64,000 bases of DNA from Lobosporangium transversale (taxonomy: Eukaryota), in assembly GCF_002105155.1 (NCBI RefSeq), contig NW_019029020.1, forward strand, positions 124,001-188,000. Reading direction: 5' to 3'. The translations under genes were made by a program, and so were the position numbers. Under the pieces are notes generated by a model, which ran no database searches, was not told the DNA's origin, and saw only the letters and a program-made list of their open reading frames with translations. Of this stretch, positions 51,043 to 64,000 are shown piece by piece (the first letter of the stretch is position 1; each line of letters starts with the position of its first letter).

Positions 51043-52362
51043 CTTACCCACTAAACATAATACAGTCCGCTGGACTCGCTTTCTTCATCATGTTTTCTTG
51101 CCGTTTCTTTGGGTTTTGTGTGATCTTCTTGCCAATGCCCCCAAAACTATGTAGCGCTCCTCCGATATCGCCTCTCAAGTAAGACAAACCAGCATTCAAC
51201 ACACCACTACCTACATCTGACAGCATATTCGACTCTTTCAACTGACCCTTCGTACTATAGATAAATGGCAAATCCAAGGCAGAGCCCGAATGACAACAGT
51301 CCATGATTGCTGTCAGTCGACAGCCCGCTGGCAGCTGTCGAACCATGATCTGATGCATCGTATCGTCTCTGATCGTACCCGCAACCTCATGATCAACTGG
51401 ATAGATCGTCTCATCATATCCATCATCCTCATCTCCATCCAAGTCCTTGGCCTGTCCTCCATGTCCACTGAAATGGAAAAAGAAAGAGTCGTTCGGTCGT
51501 GCATCCCGCACGAGCCATTGCATGCCCGCAATGATGTTGGCCTTTGTTGGGATTCTTGTTGGATCCCTTTGGTCATCTGTCAAGGTAACACAATCCTCCT
51601 CTCGGAACCCAAACTGTCGGATCAAAAATGTTTTGATATTCTTAACATCATTGATGCACCCACGCAGTTCATTCCGCTGTCGGAAGTAATTGATTCCAAT
51701 AAAGAGAGCTCGCTTACGGCCTTGACAACTCGAAAGCTGGAACGGGACCGATGGTGCAAAATGCGGGTTTTGCTGCACTGCCCAGCCGCCTTGTGGCATG
51801 GGAACACTGCTTGGTGCAATCTACTCCCCATACAAATATCAGGATAAAAAAAATATATATTTGAATATTCCAATACAAACTTTGTATTACGAGATATACA
51901 CAAAATATAAAAGACAGGACTTACCATGTGTTGAGAAGGCGGTTGCCCATGAGACGGATATGCAGGCGGCTGAGCTTGTGGAGCCGGGTATGCAGGTGGT
52001 TGGGATTGTGGAGGTGGGTAGGCAGATGGCTGGGCTGGTGGTGCACCGTAGGGCGAATGAGCAGCTAGGGGTGCCCCATATGGGGCAGGAGGACCAGGCG
52101 GGGCAGCTGGTGGTGCACCATATGGAGAAGGGGCCGGGTAACCATATGGAGTTGGGGGTGCTGATTGTTGGTAAGGGCTTGGAGCAGGTGGAGGATAAGG
52201 ACCAGGTGGATGGTGAGCTGGTGGAGGGTAAGGAGAAGATGCAGGATAAGGTTGTGCGGGAGGGGGATAGGCCTGAGCAGGGGGGTAATACGGAGGAGCA
52301 CCGTACTGTGAGGGAGGTGCGCCATAAGGTTGTTGAGGCTGTTGACTATAGCCAGGATACAT
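50603..52362 (-). CDS. MCA1: Type I metacaspase with a Pro/Tyr/Gln-rich prodomain (4 exons)
   Basis: [24 protein letters not shown] (catalytic His), DCCHSG (catalytic Cys), [12 protein letters not shown] and [12 protein letters not shown]. Confidence 0.95.
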
Positions 52363-54374
52363 AGTGGATAAGGACTTCAAAGGCAAGAAGGATGAAGAAG
52401 AAAAAAAGAGATGACAGGATAGAAATGAAGTCAGAATGGAGGGATGGATAAAAAAAAATCACGGAGGATCAAGCACAGCCAACAAGGATGGCTTATTTTC
52501 GTTTTGGGTTTTTGGGATCAACGACAAGAAGCATTTGCATAATTTAGCGTATTTCAAAAGTAGAAAAAATAAAAAGAGCACATCCGAGGATGGCACAGCC
52601 ATCTTCATGCAGTGTCTTTATCAAAACTAGACCACAGACAAGAACGTATCCATTAGGTCTTAAAATCTGTTTGCCTTTATTGCCGAGCGATAGTTTCGAT
52701 GTCTTAATTTATTGATGGCCTTTTGCTGGAATTGACGCCAGATGCATGGCCGTTGAAGTGTCAACGTGTGAAGTGTTAAACAACCAAACAATCTCAAATC
52801 ATCCACGAAGAAGGATTTCCTGTACGGACCATAGCAGAGGTGATGGTCTATTGAAACCGAGGAAGTGAAACGCTTGGCGGTAGCAGAGCTCGAGCATAGA
52901 CTGCGGAAGAGGTCCTTCCTCGATTGGATTGCAACAGGGTTGGTTTCGGGACGTGCCAGAGCCGTATAGCCTTGGAGCTGCCAGAAGGACAACATCATCC
53001 TATGCTAAATCCTTTCCTTAAAGCGTCCTTCCACTTCACATATCCTAATTACCACATAGCACGCTTAATCTTTTTCAAATTATCCTTCTGTCATAACATC
53101 ATACAATCTGCTTCATATTTTTCTTAAGTCTTACTTTTACCCTATATACCAACATCAACATGGCGCGCCTTATTCCCGAATATCTCCGAAGCACAATGTG
53201 TGTCCTGAGCATATCAATGAGCTCACAGCAGGTTATAGCGCGATTTTTCAAGGCTGTCCCCCAGCAGGATGGCTTGCCGAAGTCTATACCTTGGGCGATA
53301 GCTCCTTTGGTGACTGCATAGGCAGCCTGGAACAATTGGCCAAAAAGAGGCCCATCCTAAGTTCTTTAAAGCGCTCCTCAAGCACTATAGAAACCAGATA
53401 GGGTAGCAACAACTCTAGTTGCTGTTGCGAGCTAAAATAAGGGGCTCATCGAAGGATCTTGCGAAATGCTCCATTCACAAGGGATTGCTCGATGCAACAT
53501 ACACCAATACCCGCAAGCACGAGGAGAGCACAGGTAATGTTGGCACATCAACACATTCCTCTTCTCCTTCTCAGCGTCCGTGCCTGGAGGCTACAGGCAG
53601 CAAGCATTCTCTCTCGGACCCCAGCCCGTTTGGATGTAGTACTGAGCCACTCGTATGGTTGATATTGCTGCATTAGAGTAGCTAGTTGGTTTATATTCCA
53701 TCAAGGCTAACAAGGCCATATAGGCAATAAACTGCTCTCGAACAAGGTGTTTTCTCTCTCTGCATGACGAGGCGGAGCAACAAAGTTATGGAGATCCATT
53801 TAAGAGGACAGGAGGAGAACCCACAAAGCACAAAGCACAAATATGTCAGCACTCGCATTAATCTCACTTTCACCAACGCTACGCTCGACCAATGCTTGGT
53901 TTTTTAGCAGAGGAATTTATCATTATGGCATCAGTCGAACCTGTTTCTTTATCTTTGCTGTTTTTTTCAATCTCTTCCCTCCTAACAAGAGATGGGGCTT
54001 TCTATCGTGCTTTTTTTTTTTTTTTTTTTTTTTTTTTCGTTGGTCCAAGTCAGCTCGCCTCCAGGACAAGGATGCTAGTCGCGAAATATGTTGTTCCTTC
54101 AGAAAGGCGTTTTTGTTATTTTCTCTACAGTCCCACATTAGCACAAGACAACGCCGCTTTAATTTTTCACTTCCTCTGTTGGGCTCTCAGCCTCGACATC
54201 ACATAAACATTAACGGCACGTTAGAACACAACTCTACTCATAATGAGGATAAACAGTCCATTGAGCGGCGAACTGCGCAACGTTGTCGTTTTTTTTTTTT
54301 TTTTTCCTTCCTCGTCATTTCTTCCTCTTTTTCCTCCTTCTTCTTGCCTTTCTGTACCTCTTCCCCTTCAAATA

Positions 54375-55032
54375 ATGGCTTCTGATTCACGTCCTCTACT
54401 CTACTCGTTCTACCGCTCCTCCTGTTCATGGCGTGTGCGACTTGCTCTCAGCATCAAGGGCATTGCCTACGATACTAAATCTATCAATTTGCTTACTGAA
54501 GAAAATGTAATCATGTCTCTCTCTTCCCTCTTTCTCTCTATTTCTGATATTTTGCTTAAAAAAAAAAAAAAAATAAATAAATTACACGCGACACGACAGA
54601 TAATGTCACATATAAACACTTTTTATTTTACTAATACCAGTTTTTATATGATTATTCTCCTCATTCAAAGAAAACTAAAGAATACAAACAGATCCAACCT
54701 TTCGGTGCGATCCCTGCATTTGTCGACGATATAAATGAGGACAATACACCATTGATTGAATCTGCCGCCATCATTGAATATCTAGATGAAACTAGACCAG
54801 GTAACATAACAAAGAAGCGACAACTAAGATTGAAGATTTAAGGAACAACAATTCATTAGCCCATATTAATTATCTTTTTTTTTTTTTTTGCTTGATTGCT
54901 TGACCTTCCAGAGAATCCGCTTCTTCCCAAAGATCCTCGCGAAAGAGCAATAGTATTTATTTTTCCATTTTTCATTTATTATTTATCGTTTCATCAACAG
55001 TTTGAAAATAATGATTTCTATACAACTCTTTT

Positions 55033-55067
<35 letters not shown>

Positions 55068-55223
55068 TATTTTTTTTTTTCAGGTCCGTTCTCTGGTCTA
55101 TGCAATTGCCATGGGTATCCAACCCATTTGTAGTATCCGTGTCTTAAAGTTCATTGGCAAGGACAATGAGGAAGAATGGACAAAACATTTCATGTCCGAA
55201 GGATTTGCAGGTAATTGCAAAGG

Positions 55224-55254
<31 letters not shown>

Positions 55255-55739
55255 GATTACTTTATATCATGAACGTTAGAACCAGGACAGAGCAGGGTAG
55301 ACAGACAGACATATCAACAAGTTAATGCTGACTGCGAATGCCTGTGCTATTTTTTTTTCTTTCCTTTTCTTTTCGATATAAATATTGATATAGCCTTTGA
55401 GAAACTACTTCAAAGAACGGCGGGAAAATATGCATTCGGTGATACGATTACCATGGCCGATCTGTTCCTAGTCCCGCAGTTCTTCAATGGCCTCAGGTAA
55501 CATTATTATTATTATTATTGTATAAGCTGTACATTTGTATATAAATGATTATGTTGGTTATCAATATTAATAACTTTTTTTTTTTTTTTTTTTTTTTTCA
55601 TGTAAATCGTAGATTCGGTGTGGATATGACTGCATACCCAATCATGTCTAGGATCAATAGCACTCTCGAGCAATTGGAGGCCTTCAAAGCTGCTCACCCC
55701 ACAAGGCAGCCTGATTGCCCCCCAGAGCTGCGCCAATAA
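54375..55739 (+). CDS. maiA: Zeta-class glutathione transferase / maleylacetoacetate isomerase (~6 exons)
   Basis: [17 protein letters not shown] (zeta SSC motif), [27 protein letters not shown] and C-terminal [11 protein letters not shown]. Confidence 0.92.
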
Positions 55740-56031
55740 AATATATCTTTGCTACACAGTGTGTCTGAATAAAAGACTTGGCATAGCTAATGTATTTATT
55801 ATTTTACATGCCAGAATGTATGCTAATCGAGTGACTGTAGTCATATTGAATATTTGTTATACGAAATGCTTGCAAATAAACTGGGTGTGAGCGAAAGTAT
55901 GCTACGCAGAATACCATATCAATACATGTGTGTATAATAGATGGGAAAGGAAAAAAAGAAAAAAAGAAAAAAAAAAAAAAAAAAAAAAAAAAAGTACAAA
56001 GAAAAAGAAAAACCAAGCAATTCAGAGGCGA

Positions 56032-58728
56032 TCATTTCTTAGGAGGAGCATGTCCAAGGCCGTGCCGATCTAACTTCACTATAACTTCAATAGGATCGTT
56101 GTCCCCTGTTCCAAAAGTCCCCAAACCATCGCCAGGCCTCCAGCTATAAAAAACGGAAAAGTCTGTCAGTTAACTTGAAATATCCTTAAAAAAAAAAAAA
56201 AAAAAAGCTGAAAGTGAAAATAAAATACATACCCCATCTTGGAAAGCAGCTGATGTCCAACGTTTCTGGGCGGGATGGGGCTTGCGGATTCACCAACGAT
56301 AGTTCCATTGATCTTAGCCACCATAGCCTTTTTTCGTACTTGAACTCTTTGGAATCCTCCTTGGGCCCCTCGACCTCGTCTTTGATTAAACCGATCACGA
56401 CTTTCGAGTCTTCTGCTTCTACTTCTTTCAATTGTTAATTCTTCGTGCTTCACAGTCGCCCAATGATCTGTCTCTCGGACGAGCCGGTCAACCACGGCCA
56501 TGTCTTTTGGAAACCCTGATGCCTCCGTCTTGGCTAAAGCTTCAACAACGTGATCGCCCTCTTTTATCATGTAGGGATCGAGTTTGTATAAACTGGAAAT
56601 GGTAAAAACCCTTGTGGAAAGAGCATGCGTCATCCCCGGGAGCCGTAACTCCGCGACATCACCGTCCCGAATAAAATCTACTATCATCCTATAAACATCG
56701 TGACAAAAATTTGAAGTTAGAGGTCAGGTCAAGCTAAAAAAAAAAAGAAGGAAAAAAAAAAAAAAAAAAAAAAGCAAATCGTCACTGGATAATGATCATT
56801 CATTACTTGTTGATCTTGGCGACATTCCGAGAGGAAGGTTCAAGGAGTGGAGCGCCTCCCGATCGTTTAAGCCCGAGAGCATTGTCCACTGCTTCAGTTA
56901 AGCGGTCATCACGCCTTCGTTCACGCCGTCTATTTCCCGATTTTCGAATGGAATCAATGCGCTCGTTGTCGTACCCATAAATCCCCTCATCTGAATCATC
57001 TGGGAGGACACCACCAATATTACTAGAGTGGCCAGGTCCAACTTCTAGCTCTTCAAATGAACCAAGGAAATAGCTTAGACCATCCTCATTATCAGACCCC
57101 ATGATGTTCTATAACAAAGTCAAGAGATGCATTCATTAAGTACCCAGCGATAAATCCTTATAACGGAGTGTAGACCGAAGTGTAATAACGTTTTCTAGCT
57201 CTTCATTCTCAAAACTTTACCTGCGTGTAATCTTCAATGGCCTTAGCGTCATCGTCCTCACTAGAATCTTCTCCATTCGAGCCCAACATAATAATACTGC
57301 TGTCCCTCAATACTTTTTTACCCTTCTCCCTTTGACCTCTTCTATCTCTCCTGCTTCTCTTACGCTTTCTGCCTAGATTGTTATTATCCGCTGGGAGCTC
57401 AATATAGGTATCGTTGGATTCTACGGGCAGCGCTTCGCCTATGGTATCCATAACCCACATTGGTTGATCTAATTCCAAACATGCATCCTTTTGTTTTTTC
57501 TCATCCTGAGTGGGCGAATGTCTAGGCTCCGTATCGATTGACCACATGCAATACTCCTGTTCGTGCTTGTGCGTGGTGCCCTGGCTAGATGTTGTGGCCA
57601 CGCTATGAAGCAAAGTATCTGCTTTGGCTGCCGTATCTTCCTTTTCGGGTAACGATTGTTTAGCAATGGTGTCAGTTTGATCCTTAGTAGAGAGCCTATT
57701 GAGGCCCATCCTGACTCTTGAGCCTTCCGATAATTCACTCATGTGCTTTCTTCGCCTCTTCGTTCGTCGATCGCGTTCCGGAAATGGAATTTGGCCTGCG
57801 TCTTTTGATTTCCTTTCAATTCGAATGTTCTGCCTTACTGAATGGTTGAAATCCTGAGTGGTATCACTATTTTGCCGCTCCGTAGGCTTATCTACCTCTA
57901 GGCTGGTATCCACACCCCCGCTTCTAGCACCATAAGCAAAAGCGCCTCCCCAACCTGTTATTGAGATAGATGGTTCCGGAATCGACGACTGTGTATCTGT
58001 GGCTGTGTTCTTTTTCTTGCTAAGATCCGGATCCTGATCTTCTTCAAGCCAGTCAAACTCCTGTATCAGAACCTCCGTTTCAGCGACATCGACTTCATCT
58101 ACAATCCAAGTACATTTTTTTATGTGAGTGAGTTGCCAAAAAAAAAAAAAAAAAAAAAAAAATACAACAGTATATGATATGTTGCTATTGTTAGAGATCT
58201 CTTTTTTACCTGAATGAAGACCAGCATCCAACTCGGCATCAGTATCGATGTCATCCACTTGATTTTTTTCATGAGGCTGCTTATGCTCCGACTTCCCTTT
58301 TTTGAACTTATCGCTCAAAGGTTTATAAAGTTCACTGCGTGGCCTCTTGACGCGAGGGAATTTTTTCCCGCCGGTTGAAATGTAAGTACGGAGTTTTCCC
58401 CTTCTCTTCATGAAGGCCTTTTGAACTTTTGAAGTTGAAAAAAATAAAAAATAAAAATAAAATAAAATAAAAGATAAAGATAAAGAGGTTTTTAGATTAA
58501 TTTTCTTATAGATCAGATTATAAGCTCTTTTTTTTTTAAAAAAAAATAAAAAATAAACATACACTCTTCTGTTTCAAATGATATAAAGTCATCTGATGAA
58601 GGACGGCTATTGTTCTTCCCCTTCCACGAGACACAATACAGTACTCTCCCGCCACCATAATTATCGCCTTCTCTGTGGTTTCTATATGACGTGGCCCAAC
58701 CGCCACGATCTCCCCAGCTTCCGACCAT
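56032..58728 (-). CDS. SQS1: SQS1-like protein (low-complexity N-terminus, R3H-like region, C-terminal G-patch)
   Basis: DDAKAIEDYTQNI, LRLPGM..RVFTISSLYKL (degenerate R3H), GTIVGESASPIPPRNVGHQLLSKMG|WRPGDGLG..PIEVIVK..RHGLG (G-patch). The start codon is inferred. Confidence 0.7.
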
Positions 58729-59007
58729 ATCCTAATCTACACTCTGCAGGCTTTTATTTTTATTTTTCCTTTCCTTTCCTTTTTTCTTTACTTCTTTCTT
58801 TACTTCTTTCTTTCCTTTCTTTCTTTCTTTCGATCAATAGTTGTGCCCCTTTAGCTTAAGCTTGCTCGCTTTCAGATCTTTTGAGGTAGAGGCAATGGAT
58901 CTGTGAATGAAATTAAATCGAAGGGGAACAAAAAAAGAGAAAGGTGGCTGCGGTGGTCACGTGCAGAAATAGATTTTTATTCTACTTTTTTTTTTTTTTT
59001 TTTTTTT

Positions 59008-60669
59008 TCAGATACGACGTCCTTGTGGATTGATCTTGTTCGGTATCTGAAGCATGGCACAAAACTCCTCTGTCTGAGGATTAAGGAAGGGCAAAACTAA
59101 GATCGAGAAAAAAGATTAATCAGGAAAATAAACAAACCAAAGAACTAGCCCATTCATATTTTCATTCAATCAAACGTAAAAGCTTCAATTAACACGTTTT
59201 AAATAACCTCAGGGTCAAACTCAAACTTACTACAAGCTCGCTTTTCCTGTGGTCCCATCGTCCGCACTTCGTCATGGGCGGGTGCTGTTGGCTGAAAGTT
59301 TAGTGGAATGGCCAGTCCACGCTTCTTGGTCACATTCTCTTGAACCCATTCTCGATTAACTTTTAATGCACTAAAAATAAAACAAAAAGATTATATCAGA
59401 GGCAAATTTCATATCGAGCACACAGAGCAAAAAAAAAAACAGCTACTTGATCACTTACTGCATCAATCTTTCTCCTTGAAGAGGCTGCTTTTGCGTGGTT
59501 TCCAAGCTTAGGAACGGATCCAATGTCCGAACAATTGCCAGCCATTCCTCATCATACTTGAATTCAATCGGCTCATTGAGCTCAGGAAAGTGAACGATCT
59601 CAAGAAATTTGCGCCCCGGCAAACATTTGTCAAGTGCAAGGAACTTTGTACAGGTCGGATGGGTCTTTAATGGCTTGGGGCTCCTGGAGCCTGTTGAAAA
59701 CTCCAAAGGCTGAGACTGAGGTTGAGATGGTTCCGTATCATCTTCGCTATCCATCTCAATTTGGATTTCATCTGGATTCGCTACTGCAGCTGGGGTTGGA
59801 GCACTAGGGACGGCCAGCTCAGTCTTTCCTTCAGATTTCTCCATCTGTTGGCCATCATCATTCTCGTCCTCGTCATCAAAGTTAATATCGATCTCATCAG
59901 GATTTTTGGTGGGTTGTATAGAGACAGTGGCGGAGGTGGTTACCTCTGTAACTGCTGCTGCGGGAGGCCGTGCTGCTGAGAGTGGCGCTTCGGCTTCGGT
60001 CGATTTCCCTGTGTCTGACTTTTGAACTGGTGAATCCCATTGAACTACCGCTGTGAAGCGTACATGTAGATGTGCAGAGTACCAATGCGCTGGCCTCAAT
60101 GTTCTCAAAACTTGTTCATATGGTTTGCTCCCAAGTCTATTATTTTGCACCTGTGACAGTCAAGAGAATGGAATGATGAGAAGGAAGGGATAAACGATAT
60201 TATCACTTTCATGCTCAAATGATAGTCTAAAGTGATACTAACATCTCCCTCGATCAATTATGTAATTTGTTTCTTACATCCGGAATAAAATGCTTTTTTA
60301 CACGAAGTAATTTTGCCGTGTCGCCATATCGCTCTATTCCCAAGGGCCAGTCATGAGATAGGAAAACATCTAAAGGCTCCTTGACTTGAAGCATCTTATA
60401 GATATCGTACTTGCGGACATGATAGACGCTCCTTTTACCATTATCGTTATAAGGCGTCACCTCATAATGTCCTGCCTCATAGTGTCCGCTTTTATAGATG
60501 CCAGACATTCCTCCAATCCTCAGTCCTCCCACGTTAATTACACCACCCCATCCCAAAAAATAGATATCTGGACATACCCAACCTCCATGATAACTAGCAA
60601 GAAGTCATGGCCAATAAGAGTCAGAGTCATGGATAGATGCGATCGTTGGAAGGTTTTCTTTTTTTCCGG

Positions 60670-60700
<31 letters not shown>

Positions 60701-61293
60701 TAAAATGCGATTAAAACCTACAGCTCCCACAAATAATTGCTAGACTCGTGGTTACCACCAATAAAGATGGTTGGGATAGGGACCTTTGCTTCGCCAGAAT
60801 AATATTTGTGAAATGTGCCCAGGTGCAGATACTTGCGTGGACATGCAATGGTATCAAGATCTGCCTCATTCCGAATTGACTATTCGCGCGTATATCATCA
60901 TATTCATTTTTTTTCATAAAAAAAAAAAAAAAAAAAAAGTGTAAATTTTTTATATTTTCCACCCACTCACCCTCTTCATTGCTTGCCAAATTTCAGACTC
61001 CAAAAAGAAATAGGAATTCATACATGGAAGTCTCCACAAATTAGTAATAAATCTACTTTATATCCATTCTCGAGCTCACGAGCCGCAATAGTTTTATAGA
61101 TTTCATCCAGTTCTCCGTGACAGCAGCCCTCAACAGCGATCTAATTTTTATGAACACATGACATGATACGGATGGATATTGAGCTTGGTTAATTGGTTAA
61201 TTTTAATGCTTTACAAAGCCCTTGTGATAATACTCATAAAGTCGCTGCTATTTAGTGCTTGTGGCGATTCGAGTAATGGTGTCATACTCTCAT
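59008..61293 (-). CDS. DBR1: RNA lariat debranching enzyme (~7 exons; 6-nt first coding exon)
   Basis: [42 protein letters not shown]-type motif (HWYSAHLH), two NPDEI repeats, [16 protein letters not shown] and YDEEWLAI. Confidence 0.95.
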
Positions 61294-61646
61294 GTTGACA
61301 TGAAGGTTTTGTAAAGAAGAAGTAATGAGGAAAAGAAGTTGAAGGCTCGACTTATTTCATAAAATACGTGAATGTGGCTTTGTTAGAACTCTCTTCCATC
61401 AATTTTCACTGTCTAGGAGCATCAAAGACGCGTGCGTACAAGACATTACTCTTTTTGGTTTATTTGCACAATAGAAGATTAAATAGAATGCTTTAAGGCT
61501 AAGTGAGGGAACTCGTCAACAAACGAGCATCTTTTTTTTTCTCCTTTTTCTTTTTCTGTTTTCCCTGCAGATCTAAAAAAAAAAAGAAAAAAAGCTCTAG
61601 TGAAGCTGCTCGATTATGGCAACTTCGATGCATCATCCTTGTTTCC

Positions 61647-64000
61647 TTATCCACCACGCTTGTAATCAAATAATGGTCTTAGAGCCGACAATTGGCATGA
61701 TTTCCTCAGGAACTCATGCTGCACGAAAACAAAATGGAAAGAGGGGAAAAAAGATAAAGTGAGTGATTATTCAAGCAAAAAAAAAAATATACCAAATCTG
61801 ATTATAGTTAGAAGAGCATCCCAATCCTTCCCTTTGCGCTTTCTTACCTCTAGTAGCTCCAAAGAAGAAGCACGGCTCTTGACATCAACACACAAACATA
61901 CAGCCAAAAAGTTCTTGAGCTCGGCACTGAGAATCTCGGGCTTCTTGAGTGTAGGAGTACCATTGGTGGCGATCAAATACAGAGCCTTTAGTGGCTCTTC
62001 ATCCAAGTATGGTGGCTCTTGTTCAATCATCTCAATAGCCATAATACCCAAAGACCAGATATCAACCTTAGCGCCATATTCCTTCTGCTTCACGACTTCA
62101 GGCGCCATCCAATAAGGCGTTCCCACCATAGTCGCGCGTTTGTTCTTTTGATCTGTCAACTTTGCACAGAAACCGAAATCAGCTATCGAATGTTAAAAGA
62201 AAGTCATTTGTGAGGATGCGTTCAAAACATTATTTGTGAAAGGGGAAAAAATATAAAAAGAGATCGGTGTAAGTGATGATAACCACGAACAGTTGACTTA
62301 CTAATCTTGACATGTCCATAAGAATCCATGAGAACGTTATCCGATTTGATGTCTCTGTGGATGATATTTTGGCTATGCAGATGCTGGAGACCCTTGCATG
62401 TCTATTCAAATAAATAAAAATGCAAAATAATGAGTCAGCAACAAATAATGCTCTTTTTTCTTCCCTCGTGTTTAAATGCTCTTAAATAAACTCGACGTGC
62501 ATTAGTCCACACTGAATGATCATACCTCAAAGCAGATGCAGGCGATCTGAGTTTCTGATAGTTTGTTGTTCTCAATGACATCTGTCAGGGCACCTCCCTC
62601 CATGTACTCCATGACGACCCACAACTCTTGGCCCTTGACCAGAAAAGAATCCAGATAATTGACAATGTTGGGATTGGTAGATTCCTTCATGACTAAAATC
62701 TCGTTCACGACTAACTCCTTTCTTGGCTGTAGTGAAAGATCCATCTGTTTGATTGCAACTTTTGTATTCGTAGTCAAATGCTTGGCCACATAGACTGATC
62801 CAGAAGCACTATTAGACATTATAATAAACCCAAGTTATAAGTAAATAGATAAAGCACTTTAAGCTTATAAACTTCATTGAGCTTTTTTTTTTTATGAAAG
62901 GAAAAAAAAAAAAAAAAAAAAAAAAAAACTTACCCTTGACCAACTTTTTTGATCTTGCTATACAATGTGCTGGGATCGCCTGATGAAACAACGCTTCGCA
63001 ACTTTTCCATGACCTCTGCTTCTGTCATGGTAGAGATGCGACGTTCAACAACAACCTTGGGCGCATTATCGCCATTCAAAGCGGCAGCAGCATCGGCTAC
63101 AGCTGGTTTAGGAGCGACCGGCGGTCTGGCACCAGCCTCTGTAGAAGTTCCAGGATATTTGACAGCGATAGGCGCGGTATTGCTACGAAGAGGAGCGTAT
63201 GGGGCAGGAGGACGAGTGCCAGACGGTGAGGGTGATGGCGAGGGCTGCTGATATGCTGGTGCATGGTGATGATGAGGCGCGTTGTTGAATTTGTGAGGAG
63301 GAGGATTGGCGAATTGATGGTTGGGCGCACGGGGAGACTAAGTGAAAAAGGGGAGCGGAGCGTTAGTGTCTTTGCTAGCGTAGCCTGAAATAAATCTCCT
63401 GTGATTTGATTGATCGAAGCAAAAAGTCAATAAATTAGGCAACTTACAGTCGGCGAGGGGGGAGCATAATCGGGACGCAAAGCATTAGGAGGTCTTGGCG
63501 CAGCTGGACGCCCGCCCGGTTGTTGATGGCCCTATTACGAGATAAACAATAGTTATTGTTATTACCTTTCTCTTTCTCTCTTTTTTTTTTTCTTTTTTTT
63601 TTTCTTTTTTTTTTTTTTAAAAAAAACAAAAAAAAAAAAAGACATAAATAAACAAAAGTAACTAATAAAAAAAAAAAAAAAAAAAAAAACTTACCCTGTC
63701 ATCATAAATACCCAAGCTGGACATTCGTTGGGTTACCGGTAGGTTGTCAACACTCTGAGAACGTTCTGGAATATAAGGTCGGAGCTGTTCTTCTGGCCGA
63801 TCTGGACGGTCTGGACGGTCTGGACGTTGGGGTCGCTCAGGACGGTTGCTAGAAGGAGGCGAAGGTGCCTGACGGGGCATGAGGTTTGCCCAGCGGTCAC
63901 CTTCCATTTCGCTTGGGACGAGCGGGAGGTTGCTAGGAACCAGTGAAGGTGTACCATACTCCTGCTCGTTGCGCTTTGTTTGATCCGTGTAGAACTCTAG
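61647..64000 (-). CDS. CLA4: PAK-family kinase, CLA4-like (3' part; 5' end beyond window)
   Basis: [79 protein letters not shown] and [19 protein letters not shown] plus the RISTM motif favour the Cla4 branch over Ste20. Confidence 0.88.

Noticed and set aside
52650..53880. Broken ORFs between metacaspase and MAAI, possibly a decayed gene
   Set aside because: Frames are fragmented and no family is recognisable.
63775..63845. Tandem 9-bp repeats (CTGGACGGT) in the PAK gene
   Set aside because: They encode a short RPD/RPE peptide repeat in a disordered linker; not a CRISPR array or mobile repeat.

Overview
Eukaryotic, intron-rich fungal genomic DNA. The gene set, short GT-AG introns and very frequent 15-35 nt A/T homopolymers suggest an early-diverging fungus of the Mortierellaceae/Mucoromycota type; this is an inference and was not verified. 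About 17 spliced protein genes can be modelled: GPI1 (partial), fumarylacetoacetase, UDP-glucose 4-epimerase, RRP15, mitochondrial GatA, a small secreted/GPI-type protein, ribosomal protein uL13, a ~1646-aa Tag1/DUF3712-like protein, chitin synthase, IWR1, a GCKIII kinase, a divergent THI20/THI6 pair, metacaspase, GST-zeta/MAAI, an SQS1-like R3H/G-patch protein, DBR1 and a CLA4-like PAK (partial). Mobile DNA comprises a pogo/Tigger-type transposon with 139-bp TIRs whose right TIR carries a nested 121-bp hAT-type MITE (8-bp TSD), and a 948-bp near-perfect foldback palindrome next to a truncated Mutator-like transposase. The most notable observations are: the nested MITE in the TIR tip; the foldback element; a 9-nt microexon encoding the kinase catalytic D-I-K; a head-to-head thiamine salvage module; structured, possibly snoRNA-bearing uL13 introns; and a Kex2-type cleavable 42-aa tail on the duplicated Tag1-like protein. 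All exon boundaries were read by eye, and family calls rest on recognised motifs rather than database searches.
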